Assembly: GCA_958431155.1 (NCBI GenBank)
Contig: OY288106.1
Location: 1,197,888 to 1,261,887 of the forward strand
DNA length: 64,000 nt
From: an uncultured candidatus Porisulfidus sp.
GTDB taxonomy: Bacteria; Pseudomonadota; Gammaproteobacteria; Poriferisulfidales; Poriferisulfidaceae
Direction of reading: 5' to 3'
Shown here in pieces: positions 42,250 to 51,982 of this stretch (position 1 is the first letter of the stretch; each line of letters opens with the position of its first letter). The notes under the pieces were generated by a model. That model ran no database searches. It saw only the letters and a program-made list of their open reading frames with translations, and was not told where the DNA came from. Both the position numbers and the translations under genes were made by a program.

Positions 42250-42626
42250 GCGTGGTTATTGACGCTTCGGCAGTACTCGCGGTACTCAATGGCGAACTTG
42301 GCACAGAAAGAATCGAGGAGGTTCCAGTGGGCGGTCTAATCAGCACCACAAACTTCTCGGAAGTACTTTCGAAGTTGGTGGATGTGGGTCTTGACGACGA
42401 TGCTGCCATCAGCGCATTTGATGCACTCATGCTGACCGTTGTTCCCGTCGATGCCACGCAAGCGCAATCTGCGGGACTGCTTCGCCGTCAAACTCGCGAG
42501 CACGGCCTGTCCCTGGGTGATCGCGCTTGCCTCGCCTTAGCGGTTTCGCGGGGATTCCCGGCGGTCACGGCGGACCGCGTCTGGGCGAAACTGGATCTCG
42601 GCATCGAGATCAAAGTCATCCGATGA
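42246..42626 (+). CDS. vapC: PIN-domain ribonuclease toxin VapC
   Basis: 126 aa. VVIDASAVLAVL...E...NFSEVLSKL...GDRACLALA shows the PIN acidic residues (D5, E, D) and typical VapC size. Confidence 0.8.
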   Translation: MSVVIDASAVLAVLNGELGTERIEEVPVGGLISTTNFSEVLSKLVDVGLDDDAAISAFDALMLTVVPVDATQAQSAGLLRRQTREHGLSLGDRACLALAVSRGFPAVTADRVWAKLDLGIEIKVIR

Positions 42627-42696
42627 GCACACCCGTTGGCAGCCACCGGATACAATCCCATTCTCCCCCGCCCCATCATCCGTACTGCGCACAACC

Positions 42697-43320
42697 ATGT
42701 CTCCGACCCCGGAAGAACTGAGACTGGATCGCCAGGCGCGCGAACTCCACGTCCGCTTCGACGATGGTGCCCAATTCGTGCTCCCCTGCGAGTACCTGCG
42801 CGTCTTTTCTCCCTCCGCCGAGGTGAAAACGGCGAGGGCTCGCGGCGACTTGATCACCGACAAGCAGTACGTCAACATTGAGCGCATCGAGCCCTGCGGG
42901 ACGTACGCCGTTCGTCTCTACTTCAGCGACGGCCATGACACCGGAATCTATTCCTGGGAATCCCTGTACCAGTTAGGCCAAGACCGTCAGAAAAACTGGC
43001 AACAGTATTTGGTTGATCTCGAACGACGAAGATCCACCACGGAAGGCGAAGAGCGGGTCATCACCATTCTACTGTTCGGCGCCTTAGCCGAAGAAGTGGA
43101 GATGGAACGCGTGGACGTGTCCCTGCCCAGCGAAACGTCAACTGTCGCCGAACTTTTATACTGGCTGCGCCAGCGTGGGGACGACTGGCACGAGGCTATC
43201 GACCCCAGACGGCTGACCATCACGGTCAACCGGCAATCTGCCGAGCCAACCACCCGCCTGCACAATGGAGACGAGGTCTCGCTGACCCCGACCTACAAAA
43301 AAAAGAAACCTGACAGCTGA
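42697..43320 (+). CDS. Fusion protein: N-terminal DUF971 (GBBH-like N-domain) plus C-terminal MoaD/ThiS-like beta-grasp domain lacking the Gly-Gly tail
   Basis: The N-terminal half (LHVRFDDGAQFVLPCEYLRVFSPSAEV...YAVRLYFSDGHDTGIYSWESLYQLG) is DUF971-like. The C-terminal half (ITILLFGALAEEVEMERVDVSLP...TVAELLYWLRQRGDDWHEAI...VNRQSAEPTTRLHNGDEVSL) is MoaD-like but ends TPTYKKKKPDS after an A8 tract. Confidence 0.55.
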   Translation: MSPTPEELRLDRQARELHVRFDDGAQFVLPCEYLRVFSPSAEVKTARARGDLITDKQYVNIERIEPCGTYAVRLYFSDGHDTGIYSWESLYQLGQDRQKNWQQYLVDLERRRSTTEGEERVITILLFGALAEEVEMERVDVSLPSETSTVAELLYWLRQRGDDWHEAIDPRRLTITVNRQSAEPTTRLHNGDEVSLTPTYKKKKPDS

Positions 43321-43322
43321 TT

Positions 43323-44678
43323 TCAGTTGGACACGGCGGCAAGTTCGGTCAGCAAGACCCCAGTCAGCGCGCAAGTGAGCAGCACCGGCACCACCGGCAC
43401 CCGCCCGGCGGAGATGGCCAGCAAGGCCAGACCGGTCATCAGCACCATGTTCCAATCCGGCGAGGCTTCCCAGCCGTGCGTCCAGATGACATAACCCGCG
43501 AAAGTTACCGCCAAATTCAGCATTACGCCGACGACCGCCGCCGTGATTGCAGTCAGTGGAGCGGTAAACGCGGGGCGGTTGCGGGTCCGCTCGATGTATG
43601 GCGCGCCAATGAAGATGAACAGGAATGAGGGCAGAAACGTATACCAGGCCGCCACCGCGGCGGCCAGAATTCCTGCTTGCTCGATTCGGCCCGGCCCCAG
43701 CAACTGGCCTTCCCATCCCCCTACAAAGCCGACAAAGGAGGTAATCATGACCAATGGGCCTGGAATCAGTTCACGCAACGCAAGCCCGTCGATCATCTGG
43801 GCCGCGGTAATCCATTGGAAGTGCTCCACCGCGCTCTGATACACGTAGGGAAGAACCGCATAGGCACCCCCGAAGGACAGAACGGCGGCCTTGCTGAAGA
43901 ATACCGACATGTCCGTCAGTGTGCCGCTGTCGTCGATCAAATGAGCGGCTCCATACACTGCCGCCCATAACCCGGCCCCAGCCACGCACAACCAAAAAAC
44001 CCCGCGCCGGGTGATCGAAAGTGCAGACACGAGACCGTCTTCGTGCTCCTCCGTGGCCTCGGGATCGGCCGGTGCCACCCAGGCGGGCTTGGCGTGATGC
44101 ACCAGCCAGCCCAGAACGCCTGCAGAGATGATGATCAACGGAAAGGGAAGGTGGAACACGTACAGTCCGGCGAACGCCGCGAGCATCACTGCCCATAGCA
44201 GGACATTGCGCATGACACGCCGGCCAATTCTCCAGATCGCATACAAAATCACTGCCGTCACCGCCGGCTTGACCCCATACAGCAGCGCGGCCACCCAGCG
44301 GATATCTCCGAATTCCAGATATAGCCAGGCAAGCGCCACGATCATGAGGAGCGAAGGGGCGACGAACAGAACGCCTGCGATCAGCCCCCCCAACTTTCCA
44401 TGCAATAACCAACCGATATAGGTCGCCAGCTGCTGCGCCTCCGGGCCCGGCAGCACCATGGTGTAGTTGAGAGCGTGAAGAAACCGCCGCTCCGAAATCC
44501 AGCGCAACCGTTCCACCAGTTCCAGGTGCATGATTCCGATCGCACCGCCCGGGCCGCCAAAACTGACAAACCCCAAGCGCAACCAGTAGCGCATGGCCTG
44601 CCACAGGCTGAGCGATGTCGGCGCGGTCTTGTGCGGCTCGGTCATTTGGGGCACACTAGGTCTCCGGTCCCAAAACAA
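43323..44678 (-). CDS. chrA: Chromate efflux transporter
   Basis: LGFVSFGGPGGAIGIMHLELVERLRWISERRFLHALNYTMVLPGPEAQQLATYIGW in duplicated CHR domains; about 440 aa. The start could be the Met at 44645. Confidence 0.9.
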   Translation of the reverse strand: MFWDRRPSVPQMTEPHKTAPTSLSLWQAMRYWLRLGFVSFGGPGGAIGIMHLELVERLRWISERRFLHALNYTMVLPGPEAQQLATYIGWLLHGKLGGLIAGVLFVAPSLLMIVALAWLYLEFGDIRWVAALLYGVKPAVTAVILYAIWRIGRRVMRNVLLWAVMLAAFAGLYVFHLPFPLIIISAGVLGWLVHHAKPAWVAPADPEATEEHEDGLVSALSITRRGVFWLCVAGAGLWAAVYGAAHLIDDSGTLTDMSVFFSKAAVLSFGGAYAVLPYVYQSAVEHFQWITAAQMIDGLALRELIPGPLVMITSFVGFVGGWEGQLLGPGRIEQAGILAAAVAAWYTFLPSFLFIFIGAPYIERTRNRPAFTAPLTAITAAVVGVMLNLAVTFAGYVIWTHGWEASPDWNMVLMTGLALLAISAGRVPVVPVLLTCALTGVLLTELAAVSN

Positions 44679-44692
44679 TATAGGAGATTTTC

Positions 44693-45010
44693 ATGTCGGA
44701 TGATATCGTGTCCCGTTCCGGTGCCGTCGTCGGCCAATGGGATGGAAAAGACGTCAAGGATCTACAGCAGGAACTGGCGCGCATCAAGCGCGAAGTTTCG
44801 GGTGACAAGGTAGAATCATCCGGAGTTCCGCATCAGGACCAGTTTCCGGATGATTTGAAGAACTTTACTGCCTACATCCTGTGGGGTTGCGACTCGAACA
44901 ACGTCTGCCTGGTCGGCTCCGGTGCCAACCGCTCCGAATCGGTGGATTCCATTCGAGAGTTCTATGGCAACCAGATTGCCAAGGATGCAATGGCCCGGCA
45001 CGATGGGTAA
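44693..45010 (+). CDS. Hypothetical protein (105 aa)
   Basis: Good RBS (AGGAGA 7 nt upstream of ATG); no recognised domain. Confidence 0.45.
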   Translation: MSDDIVSRSGAVVGQWDGKDVKDLQQELARIKREVSGDKVESSGVPHQDQFPDDLKNFTAYILWGCDSNNVCLVGSGANRSESVDSIREFYGNQIAKDAMARHDG

Positions 45011-45024
45011 GGGCTCGAGCCAGC

Positions 45025-45285
45025 CTAGTTGATTTGGTTCGCAGGCCTGGACGGAAGTCCAGCCAACGGAAGTTCTTGTCGGATTTCGATCTCCAGCATT
45101 TCGCTCAGGAGTAGCGGGTCTTCCTGAATGAGTGGCAGCAGTTGCTCCAGGTAATCGGAGAACTCTGCCGTCTGTCGAACACAATTCAACGCCTGAAACT
45201 CTTCGACGAAGGACGATTGCAGGCTGAATCCTGCCTCCCTATCGAACGTTTCGGTACTAATCCGAAGCGGACCTTCAATAATCAT
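45025..45285 (-). CDS. Hypothetical small acidic protein (86 aa)
   Basis: ORF divergent from cca; no recognised motif. Confidence 0.3.
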   Translation of the reverse strand: MIIEGPLRISTETFDREAGFSLQSSFVEEFQALNCVRQTAEFSDYLEQLLPLIQEDPLLLSEMLEIEIRQELPLAGLPSRPANQIN

Positions 45286-45356
45286 TGTGCGATAGAAATC
45301 CTATACAAGCGCATTGTACTGGCGGGCTCGGCCTGGAGGGCGGTACACTGAGCCCC

Positions 45357-46460
45357 ATGCAAATTTATCTGGTGGGCGGCGCAGTCCGCGATCAGTTGCT
45401 CGGGCTCCCGGTCTCCGAACGCGACTGGGTGGTGGTCGGCGCGCACCCTGAGCAACTCATCGAACTCGGCTACCGACCTATCGGCCGCGATTTTCCTGTG
45501 TTCCTCCATCCTGAAACCAGGGAGGAATATGCCCTAGCGCGTACGGAGCGTAAAACCGGCCGCGGTTATCACGGGTTTTCATTTCATTCCAGCCCGGAGG
45601 TCTCATTGGAGGAGGACCTGCGCCGTCGGGATTTGACCATTAACGCGGTGGCCCAGAGCGAATCAGGAGAACTAATTGATCCGTACGGCGGACAGCGCGA
45701 CCTGGAAGCCAAGATCTTGCGTCACGTATCTCCCGCCTTCGACGAGGATCCTGTGCGCGTGCTGCGGGTCGCACGTTTTGCAGCCCGTTTCCGTGAGCTT
45801 GGATTTCAGGTCGCCGACGAAACCCTTGTGCGGATGCGTGCTATCGCGGAAAGCGGCGAACTGGATGCGTTGACCCCGGAGCGGGTGTTCCTGGAATTTA
45901 GCCGGGCCCTGATGGAGCCGAACCCTGAAGTATTCGTATCCGTGCTTGCTGCGTGCGATGCCTGGACAGCGATCTTTCCGTTGCTGCCCGACACGGCAAG
46001 CATTGAGCAAGTCTTGCAGGCATCGGCCAAGGCGAAGTCGCCGTTGGCCGTACGTTTCGCCTGTCTCTCCTGGCACAGCCGCGATGTCACCGCTTGGTGC
46101 AACACCATCCGTGCACCGCGCAGACTCGCCCAAGCCGCCCGGCTGCTGCATCGGCAATTTCCCGTGTGGTCGGAGCTAGATCTTGAAGATCCTTCAGCCG
46201 TGTTGGTCCTGCTCGAATCTCTTGATGCCGTGAGGAGGCCTCAGCAGTTCGAAGATTTCAGTGCGGCTGCCACGGTACTCAGTACCGTACTCGGACTAGA
46301 TCGTGAACAGACCAGCCGTCGGGTGGAAATCGCCCGCACGGCATTGCTGGGTTGCGACGAAAAATCTGCTGCCCAGCAGACCGACCACAGGACGGTCAGT
46401 GAGCGGGTTCACGAGGCGCGGCTTGAAGCCGTGCGTGCGGCCTTAATGGAAAACCAGTAA
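45357..46460 (+). CDS. cca: tRNA nucleotidyltransferase (CCA-adding enzyme), short form
   Basis: [28 protein letters not shown]...RDLTINA is the class II Pol-beta head domain. About 368 aa, so probably no C-terminal HD domain. Confidence 0.9.
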   Translation: MQIYLVGGAVRDQLLGLPVSERDWVVVGAHPEQLIELGYRPIGRDFPVFLHPETREEYALARTERKTGRGYHGFSFHSSPEVSLEEDLRRRDLTINAVAQSESGELIDPYGGQRDLEAKILRHVSPAFDEDPVRVLRVARFAARFRELGFQVADETLVRMRAIAESGELDALTPERVFLEFSRALMEPNPEVFVSVLAACDAWTAIFPLLPDTASIEQVLQASAKAKSPLAVRFACLSWHSRDVTAWCNTIRAPRRLAQAARLLHRQFPVWSELDLEDPSAVLVLLESLDAVRRPQQFEDFSAAATVLSTVLGLDREQTSRRVEIARTALLGCDEKSAAQQTDHRTVSERVHEARLEAVRAALMENQ

Positions 46461-47234
46461 AAACCCGCCGAGCACCACTCGATACAACGCGAACGGCATC
46501 ATTCCGATGCGCTCGATCAAGCGCAGGAAGAAGTGGATGCACAGCCAAGCGGAAATCCCCGCAATCAAGGCACCCAGAACCAACGCCCCCCAATCTACCG
46601 CCTGAGTCGCATGCAGGGATTTCTGCAAAGACAAGGCTCCGGCAGCAGCAATCGTCGGAATTGCCAAAAGGAAAGCCACCCGTGCTGCAGCAGTTCGTTG
46701 CAGGCCCAGCGCCAACGCCGCCGTCATCACAATGCCCGCGCGCGACACCCCCGGCACCAGTGCCAAGCACTGCGCGGATCCGATCCATACCGCATCACTC
46801 CAGCGCAATTGCTCTTCGGTCCGTACCCGGGAGCCTTGAACATCTGAGACCCACAGCAAGAGACCAAACCCCAATGTCGTCCAGGCAATAAGCTGTACCT
46901 CGCGCAGGTCGGTCGACACCACGCTAAACACTACCGCACCCACAATCACGATTGGAATCGTCGCCACAACCAGCCAAGCGGCCAGATAACGTGCGGATTC
47001 GGATTCCGGGGCACTCCCGGTCATTACGGCATGCAACATGGCTCCAAGGTCCCGTCGGAAATAACCCAGCATCGCAAGCAGAGTCCCCACATGCACCGCA
47101 ACATCGAACGCATGGCCCTGATCTTCCCAACCGAGCAATATCGGCGCCAGGATCAAGTGCGCAGAACTGGAAATCGGCAGGAATTCCGTTGCACCCTGCA
47201 ACAGTGCCAGAACCAGAACCTCAAGCCAATTCAT
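46443..47234 (-). CDS. uppP: Undecaprenyl-diphosphate phosphatase
   Basis: [27 protein letters not shown]...SRSG matches the BacA/UppP signatures. Confidence 0.95.
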   Translation of the reverse strand: MNWLEVLVLALLQGATEFLPISSSAHLILAPILLGWEDQGHAFDVAVHVGTLLAMLGYFRRDLGAMLHAVMTGSAPESESARYLAAWLVVATIPIVIVGAVVFSVVSTDLREVQLIAWTTLGFGLLLWVSDVQGSRVRTEEQLRWSDAVWIGSAQCLALVPGVSRAGIVMTAALALGLQRTAAARVAFLLAIPTIAAAGALSLQKSLHATQAVDWGALVLGALIAGISAWLCIHFFLRLIERIGMMPFALYRVVLGGFLLVFH

Positions 47235-48376
47235 TACAAACGATTCCGGTGGTCCGGACACACAGTGTGTGGCAATTCTGCCGGGAAATCGCGGCCCAGC
47301 GCCAGCACCCTGAAACGCTCTCCCATGTGGTCGGGATGGGTCAGGGTTTCAATCTGCCCACGTTGCGCAAGTCGCGTAGATTCGTCTGCCGACGGGTCGG
47401 CAACTTCCAGCAAACCATACTCCAAAAGAAACCCGGCCTGCGAGGTAAACATCAGGACCTCGAATCCGCGCTCTACCGCCAGTTCCGCTACGGCGGTGAA
47501 ATCCACATCCACGCTGATGTCCTCATGCCCAGGCTGGCGGAACGGATCCGAATGCGCTTGGTGATCCGCATGACAGCGCAATGTTCCAGTAGCGCGTTGC
47601 GGATGGTAGTACTCCCGGCACGGATAGCCGTAGTCGATGATTAGCACGACGCCACGCTTGAGAGAACCGTCCAGCTCATCCAGCCATGTGCGGAGGGCAT
47701 CGTGGCGCCACTCCGAGCAATAACCGGGAGCAGAAACCTCTCCAAGCTCGGTAAAAAGCCGGTTCAAATCTGGGTCGGATCCGGATGATGCCTCAAGTTT
47801 CCAGTAAAACTCATCTCCCTCCCGGACAGCGACCATGCGTTCGCGAATGCCTTGATCGGTCACTTCAAAACAGCGGGCCGGCAGGGCATCCAGAAATTCA
47901 TTGGCCAGCACCACCCCCTCAAACACCTTGGGCAGCGCGTCGGTCCAGCGCGGGAACGAGCCTTGAGCACTCAGGGTTTCGGCCTGTTCCTTTCGCAACC
48001 AAGACGAACGTTCCAACAACCAATAATCATCGGGGGAGCCCTGCAGTGCACCCAGCACATCGCACGCCAATCTGCCGTTTCCCGGCCCGTACTCCGCTAT
48101 CGCACCGCCACCCAGCTCCTCCCGAGCCAGATCGCAGAAACGTGCCACGCAACGGGCGAGGAAATCCCCCAATCCCGGCGCGGTGACAAAATCTCCGGAA
48201 GCACCGAATACCGGATACGCCCGTTCATAGTAGCCGTGCTCCGGCGCATACAGCGCCTGTTCCATGTACTGATCAAAGCGCAGCGGGCCTTCCTGCCGGA
48301 TCCGCTCCGCCAAGCGCATGCGCAGGGCGTCCACAGGAATCCCGGGCTCGGACACAGGCGGGGAAATGGCAGTCAT
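47234..48376 (-). CDS. Class I SAM-dependent methyltransferase, MidA/NDUFAF7 (DUF185) family
   Basis: LRFDQYMEQALYAPEHGYYE....FGASGDFVTAPGLGDFLARC...EYGPGNGRLA matches MidA-type methyltransferases. Confidence 0.75.
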   Translation of the reverse strand: MTAISPPVSEPGIPVDALRMRLAERIRQEGPLRFDQYMEQALYAPEHGYYERAYPVFGASGDFVTAPGLGDFLARCVARFCDLAREELGGGAIAEYGPGNGRLACDVLGALQGSPDDYWLLERSSWLRKEQAETLSAQGSFPRWTDALPKVFEGVVLANEFLDALPARCFEVTDQGIRERMVAVREGDEFYWKLEASSGSDPDLNRLFTELGEVSAPGYCSEWRHDALRTWLDELDGSLKRGVVLIIDYGYPCREYYHPQRATGTLRCHADHQAHSDPFRQPGHEDISVDVDFTAVAELAVERGFEVLMFTSQAGFLLEYGLLEVADPSADESTRLAQRGQIETLTHPDHMGERFRVLALGRDFPAELPHTVCPDHRNRL

Positions 48377-48422
48377 GGCACTATTATCACGCTATCATGG
48401 GCATGAACGTACAGGCAGCAGC

Positions 48423-49175
48423 ATGACTTCTTCCACCTTGGACGGCCAGACCATCCTCATCACCGGCTCCGCGCGCCGGCTGGGCGCGCACATGGCGCGC
48501 AGCCTGCACCAGGCTGGTGCCAATATCGTGCTCCACTGCCAACGTTCCGTGGTCGAGGCCCAGTCGCTGGCAGAGGAACTGCAGGAACAACGCCCCGATT
48601 CGGTCGCCATGGTGACCTCCGACCTGCGCGAGGAGCAGAGCGAGTTTTCGATCGTCGCGGCCGCCGTGCAGTCATTCGGACGGCTGGATGCTCTGGTCAA
48701 CAATGCCTGTTTGTTCGAGCCCGGTGGAATGGCGCCGGCAGACCCGGAACGATGGGAGGAAGTTCAGGCGGTGAATGTCCGGGCTCCTTGGCTGCTGGCT
48801 GAAGCGGCGGCTTCGCACCTGCGCGAAGCGCAAGGTTGCATTATCAATGTTCTGGACATTTACGCTGCCCGACCGTTGCGCGGATACTTGTCGTACAGCA
48901 CCAGCCAGACCGCCCTGACCGGGCTGACTCGCGCCTTGGCACTGGAGCTTGCCCCCGAAGTGCGCGTCAACGGCATCGCGCCAGGCGCGATCCTGTGGCC
49001 GGACGAGGACGACGGCCGAGACCGCCAGGCCATTATCGACAGCACGGCGCTGAAGCGGCTCGGCCACCCGGACGACATTGCCCGCGCCGCACTATTCCTG
49101 ATTCGGGATGCGGGCTACCTGACAGGCGAAGTCGTGACTGTCGACGGCGGGCGCAGCCTCACGCCCTGGATCTGA
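48423..49175 (+). CDS. Short-chain dehydrogenase, pteridine reductase (FolM/PTR1-like)
   Basis: ILITGSARRLGAHMARSLHQAGANIVLH...NNAC...YSTSQTALTGLTRALALELAP...VNGIAPGAI; located next to folK and folB. Confidence 0.75.
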   Translation: MTSSTLDGQTILITGSARRLGAHMARSLHQAGANIVLHCQRSVVEAQSLAEELQEQRPDSVAMVTSDLREEQSEFSIVAAAVQSFGRLDALVNNACLFEPGGMAPADPERWEEVQAVNVRAPWLLAEAAASHLREAQGCIINVLDIYAARPLRGYLSYSTSQTALTGLTRALALELAPEVRVNGIAPGAILWPDEDDGRDRQAIIDSTALKRLGHPDDIARAALFLIRDAGYLTGEVVTVDGGRSLTPWI

Positions 49176-49652
49176 TACGGCACGCAGGGTGACGGGGTTG
49201 TCGTCCTGCCACTCCCGCCACAGTTGCGCGATGGGCGTTCCCAAAACCGGGTGCTCCAGGCCACCGCAGATTTCCGCCAGAGGACCGAGCACGAACTCGT
49301 GGTGCAGGATTTCCTCGCGTGGCAGAGATAGAACACCGTCTCCCAGCACCCAGTCGCCATAGAGCAATACATCTAGATCGATCGTACGGGAAACGAAACG
49401 GTCCTTGCCGCGCACTCGTTCCAGTTCAGTCTCGATTCGGAACAGGACCTTGCTGACGACATGGGGATGGTCCCGCGTGTCGAACGCCACGACCATGTTG
49501 TGAAAATCGTCACCCTCGAACCCCAGCGCCGGGGATTCATACAAGGTGGATCGGGTCAGCGGCCCGTAATGTTCCTTCAGCCGCTCCAGGGCCTCCGCAA
49601 TCTTACGTTCCCTGTCGATGTTGCTGCCAATGCTGACGAACACCCGCGCCAT
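49092..49652 (-). CDS. folK: 2-amino-4-hydroxy-6-hydroxymethyldihydropteridine diphosphokinase
   Basis: MARVFVSIGSNIDRERKI...GPLTRSTLYESPALG...RTIDLDVLLYGD are HPPK motifs. The reading frame continues about 25 aa past the usual end and overlaps the convergent reductase gene by 84 bp. Confidence 0.85.
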   Translation of the reverse strand: MARVFVSIGSNIDRERKIAEALERLKEHYGPLTRSTLYESPALGFEGDDFHNMVVAFDTRDHPHVVSKVLFRIETELERVRGKDRFVSRTIDLDVLLYGDWVLGDGVLSLPREEILHHEFVLGPLAEICGGLEHPVLGTPIAQLWREWQDDNPVTLRAVSDPGREAAPAVDSHDFACQVARIPNQE

Positions 49653-50002
49653 CAATCCCCCCGCTCGATCACTACGCCGACTTCCTGCGCGGTACGAACC
49701 GCAAATGGTTTGGCGATGCGTACCCGTACCCAACTCACCGCGAATTCTTCGCGGACAATGCGGGCCACCGCCTCGGCCAACGACTCAACCAACTGAAACT
49801 TGCTGCCTTCCACAAACTCCACCACGCGCTGGCTGATCGCCTTGTAGTCGACGGCATCCTCCAGCGTGTCGCTGGCTGCCGCATGCACCACATCTGCCCG
49901 AAGATCCAAGTCCAGAACCAGGTTTTGGCGAATCTGCTTCTCCCAATCGAAAACGCCGATTACGGCTTTCGCCTTGAGACCTCTTATGAAAACTATATCC
50001 AT
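49652..50002 (-). CDS. folB: Dihydroneopterin aldolase
   Basis: MDIVFIRGLKAKAVIGVFDWEKQIRQNLVLDLDL...DYKAISQRV is canonical FolB; 116 aa. Confidence 0.9.
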   Translation of the reverse strand: MDIVFIRGLKAKAVIGVFDWEKQIRQNLVLDLDLRADVVHAAASDTLEDAVDYKAISQRVVEFVEGSKFQLVESLAEAVARIVREEFAVSWVRVRIAKPFAVRTAQEVGVVIERGD

Positions 50003-50076
50003 GATTCAACCGCAAAATTTAGCATAGACATCCAGGATACGGTAAAATTGTTCGTTCAGGGCTGGCTTCTAGCCGT

Positions 50077-50164
<88 letters not shown>

Positions 50165-50271
50165 TCATCCTGCAAGGGCAACCAAACAACACTAAGATCC
50201 GCCGCACCTGCAAGGCGGCATATCCGCTTGCCTGATCGAGAGTTGTCCGCCGGAGTTCCCGCTCGGAAGGA

Positions 50272-50652
50272 TCAACTATGGCGAAGATAGGCAAACCGGG
50301 GATCGTCCGGAGTGCCTTCCAGTGCCGAACCTTCGGGCGGCTGCCATGACATGACTTCCTCGATCCGGGCGGCCAGTTCGAAATCGCGGTTGGTCACCCC
50401 TTTCTTCGCATGGGTGGTCAGTTTCACGATCACGAATGCATATGAGACCGTCAGATCAGGATGATGCCAGGCCTGCTCCGCCAGATGCCCGATCGTGGTC
50501 ACCGCCATGAGCGTGCCTTTCCAGCTCGCCGTACGGTACTTGCGACGAATCCAACCGGATTCCAGATACCATTCGGGCAGTTCTTCCTTGAGCCGGGCCT
50601 CGATTTCTTCGTCCGTGTAGACCGCGTCGTTGTCTTCTTTTTTCAGGCTCAT
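50272..50652 (-). CDS. Pterin-4a-carbinolamine dehydratase
   Basis: WKGTLMAVTTIGHLAEQAWHHPDLTVSYAFVIVKLTTHAKKGVTNRDFELAARIE matches the PCD/DCoH family (HHPD..V.Y..V...L.TH). Confidence 0.8.
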   Translation of the reverse strand: MSLKKEDNDAVYTDEEIEARLKEELPEWYLESGWIRRKYRTASWKGTLMAVTTIGHLAEQAWHHPDLTVSYAFVIVKLTTHAKKGVTNRDFELAARIEEVMSWQPPEGSALEGTPDDPRFAYLRHS

Positions 50653-50804
50653 GAGTTTTCCTCGTGTTGAGTTATTCCCATTCTACTCTTGGGCGGCCAT
50701 AATAATAAGGTTCGGCATCAGCTTCACATACTCCGCACCGTGGGAGTGCAGAGATGGAATCACGTGCCAGTGCCGACAGCGAATTTGAAAAAGAGAATGT
50801 CCGC

Positions 50805-51284
50805 ATGCGTCTGAACCTCCGCCGGATCCAGGAAAGGCTCCTGTTGCCGTTCACACTGATGGCGGCAGCCTGCCTGCTGCTCCCCGCGTGCAGCGGGGAG
50901 AGGACCGACCTGACTGCTACTCAAGCCTGGATCCTTGAACCTTCCTCCGAAGGCATTTCCACCGGCGGACTGACCGTCCACAACCGCACTAATGAGGCGC
51001 GGGTCCTGCAGCACATCTTGGCGGCCGACTTCAGGCAGGCAGAAATTCGCACAAAGGAGGGCGCCGGTTCGACCTCCGGTCTCCGGCCTTCCATCATCGT
51101 TGAGGCCGACCGAACCACCGAACTGCCGCCGGACGGCATGATTTTCCTTCTGGAGGGGCCCGAACGTTCCCTTCACGCCGGTGACGAGACCTTGCTTGCA
51201 CTTCACTTTGACGACGGTAAGGCAATTTTCGTCAATGTGGAAATTCGGGCCTCTCCTCCATCTTCCTCCAAGTCGGAACTATGA
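50805..51284 (+). CDS. Lipoprotein of unknown function, possibly DUF461/PCuAC-like periplasmic metal chaperone, co-transcribed with tupBCA
   Basis: Lipobox LLLPACSG after a signal peptide; beta-rich about 140-aa mature domain. The stop overlaps the tupB start. Family call is tentative. Confidence 0.45.
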   Translation: MRLNLRRIQERLLLPFTLMAAACLLLPACSGERTDLTATQAWILEPSSEGISTGGLTVHNRTNEARVLQHILAADFRQAEIRTKEGAGSTSGLRPSIIVEADRTTELPPDGMIFLLEGPERSLHAGDETLLALHFDDGKAIFVNVEIRASPPSSSKSEL

Positions 51285-51982
51285 GCGATTTCGGTGACGC
51301 CCTGGTGACCGCAGCCGGTCTCTTAACCGGACTGAATCCGAATCTCCTGGAAATCATCCGGTTGTCGCTGTTCGTCACCCTGACTGCGGTCTCCATTGCC
51401 ACCGTAATTGGTATTCCACTGGGTGGGTTGCTTGCAGTCAAACGATTTCCGGGACGTGCGTTTATCGTGCTCGTGATTGATACGTTCATGGGGTTGCCGC
51501 CTGTTGTGGTCGGATTAATCGTCTACCTGTGGCTGTCGCGCTCCGGCCCTCTCGGCGTGCTGGGCCTGTTATACACTCCGACCGCGATGATCATCGCCCA
51601 GTGCCTGCTGGTGACGCCCATCATCGCCGCGCTGTCGCGTCAAGTCATTGCCGATGCCCATGGCCAGTACGACGAACAGCTTCGTTCTCTGGGCGCGGCG
51701 CGCTGGCAGCGAATCGCGACCTTGCTTTGGGAGACCCGAACCAGCCTTCTTGTGACGATTCTGGCCGGCTTCGGGCGGGCTAATGCAGAAGTCGGCGCCG
51801 TCATGATCGTGGGCGGAAACATCAACCACGTCACCCGCGTGATGACCACCACGGTAGCCTACGAGACCAGCCGCGGAAACCTCACCCAGGCGTTGGCGCT
51901 GGGCATCGTATTGATCCTGATCGCCATGCTGCTGACCCTGCTGCTGCATCAGTTGCGCAGACTCAACGTGGAACCCGGATGA
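51281..51982 (+). CDS. tupB: Tungstate/molybdate ABC transporter permease
   Basis: 233 aa, about six TM segments, with ABC permease EAA-like loop (LGAARWQRIATLLWETRTSLLV). Adjacent to the TupA-type binding protein. Confidence 0.7.
   Translation: MSDFGDALVTAAGLLTGLNPNLLEIIRLSLFVTLTAVSIATVIGIPLGGLLAVKRFPGRAFIVLVIDTFMGLPPVVVGLIVYLWLSRSGPLGVLGLLYTPTAMIIAQCLLVTPIIAALSRQVIADAHGQYDEQLRSLGAARWQRIATLLWETRTSLLVTILAGFGRANAEVGAVMIVGGNINHVTRVMTTTVAYETSRGNLTQALALGIVLILIAMLLTLLLHQLRRLNVEPG

Noticed and set aside
43771-44604. 277-aa ORF in an alternative frame within chrA
   Set aside because: Same strand as chrA but out of frame. ChrA's own frame has clear duplicated CHR-domain motifs; the alternative frame is Arg/Gly-rich noise.
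50653-50804. Possible Moco riboswitch upstream of the lipoprotein-tupBCA operon
   Set aside because: I could not recognise the conserved Moco_RNA_motif core elements by eye. It is left as a check under the tup finding rather than called as a feature.
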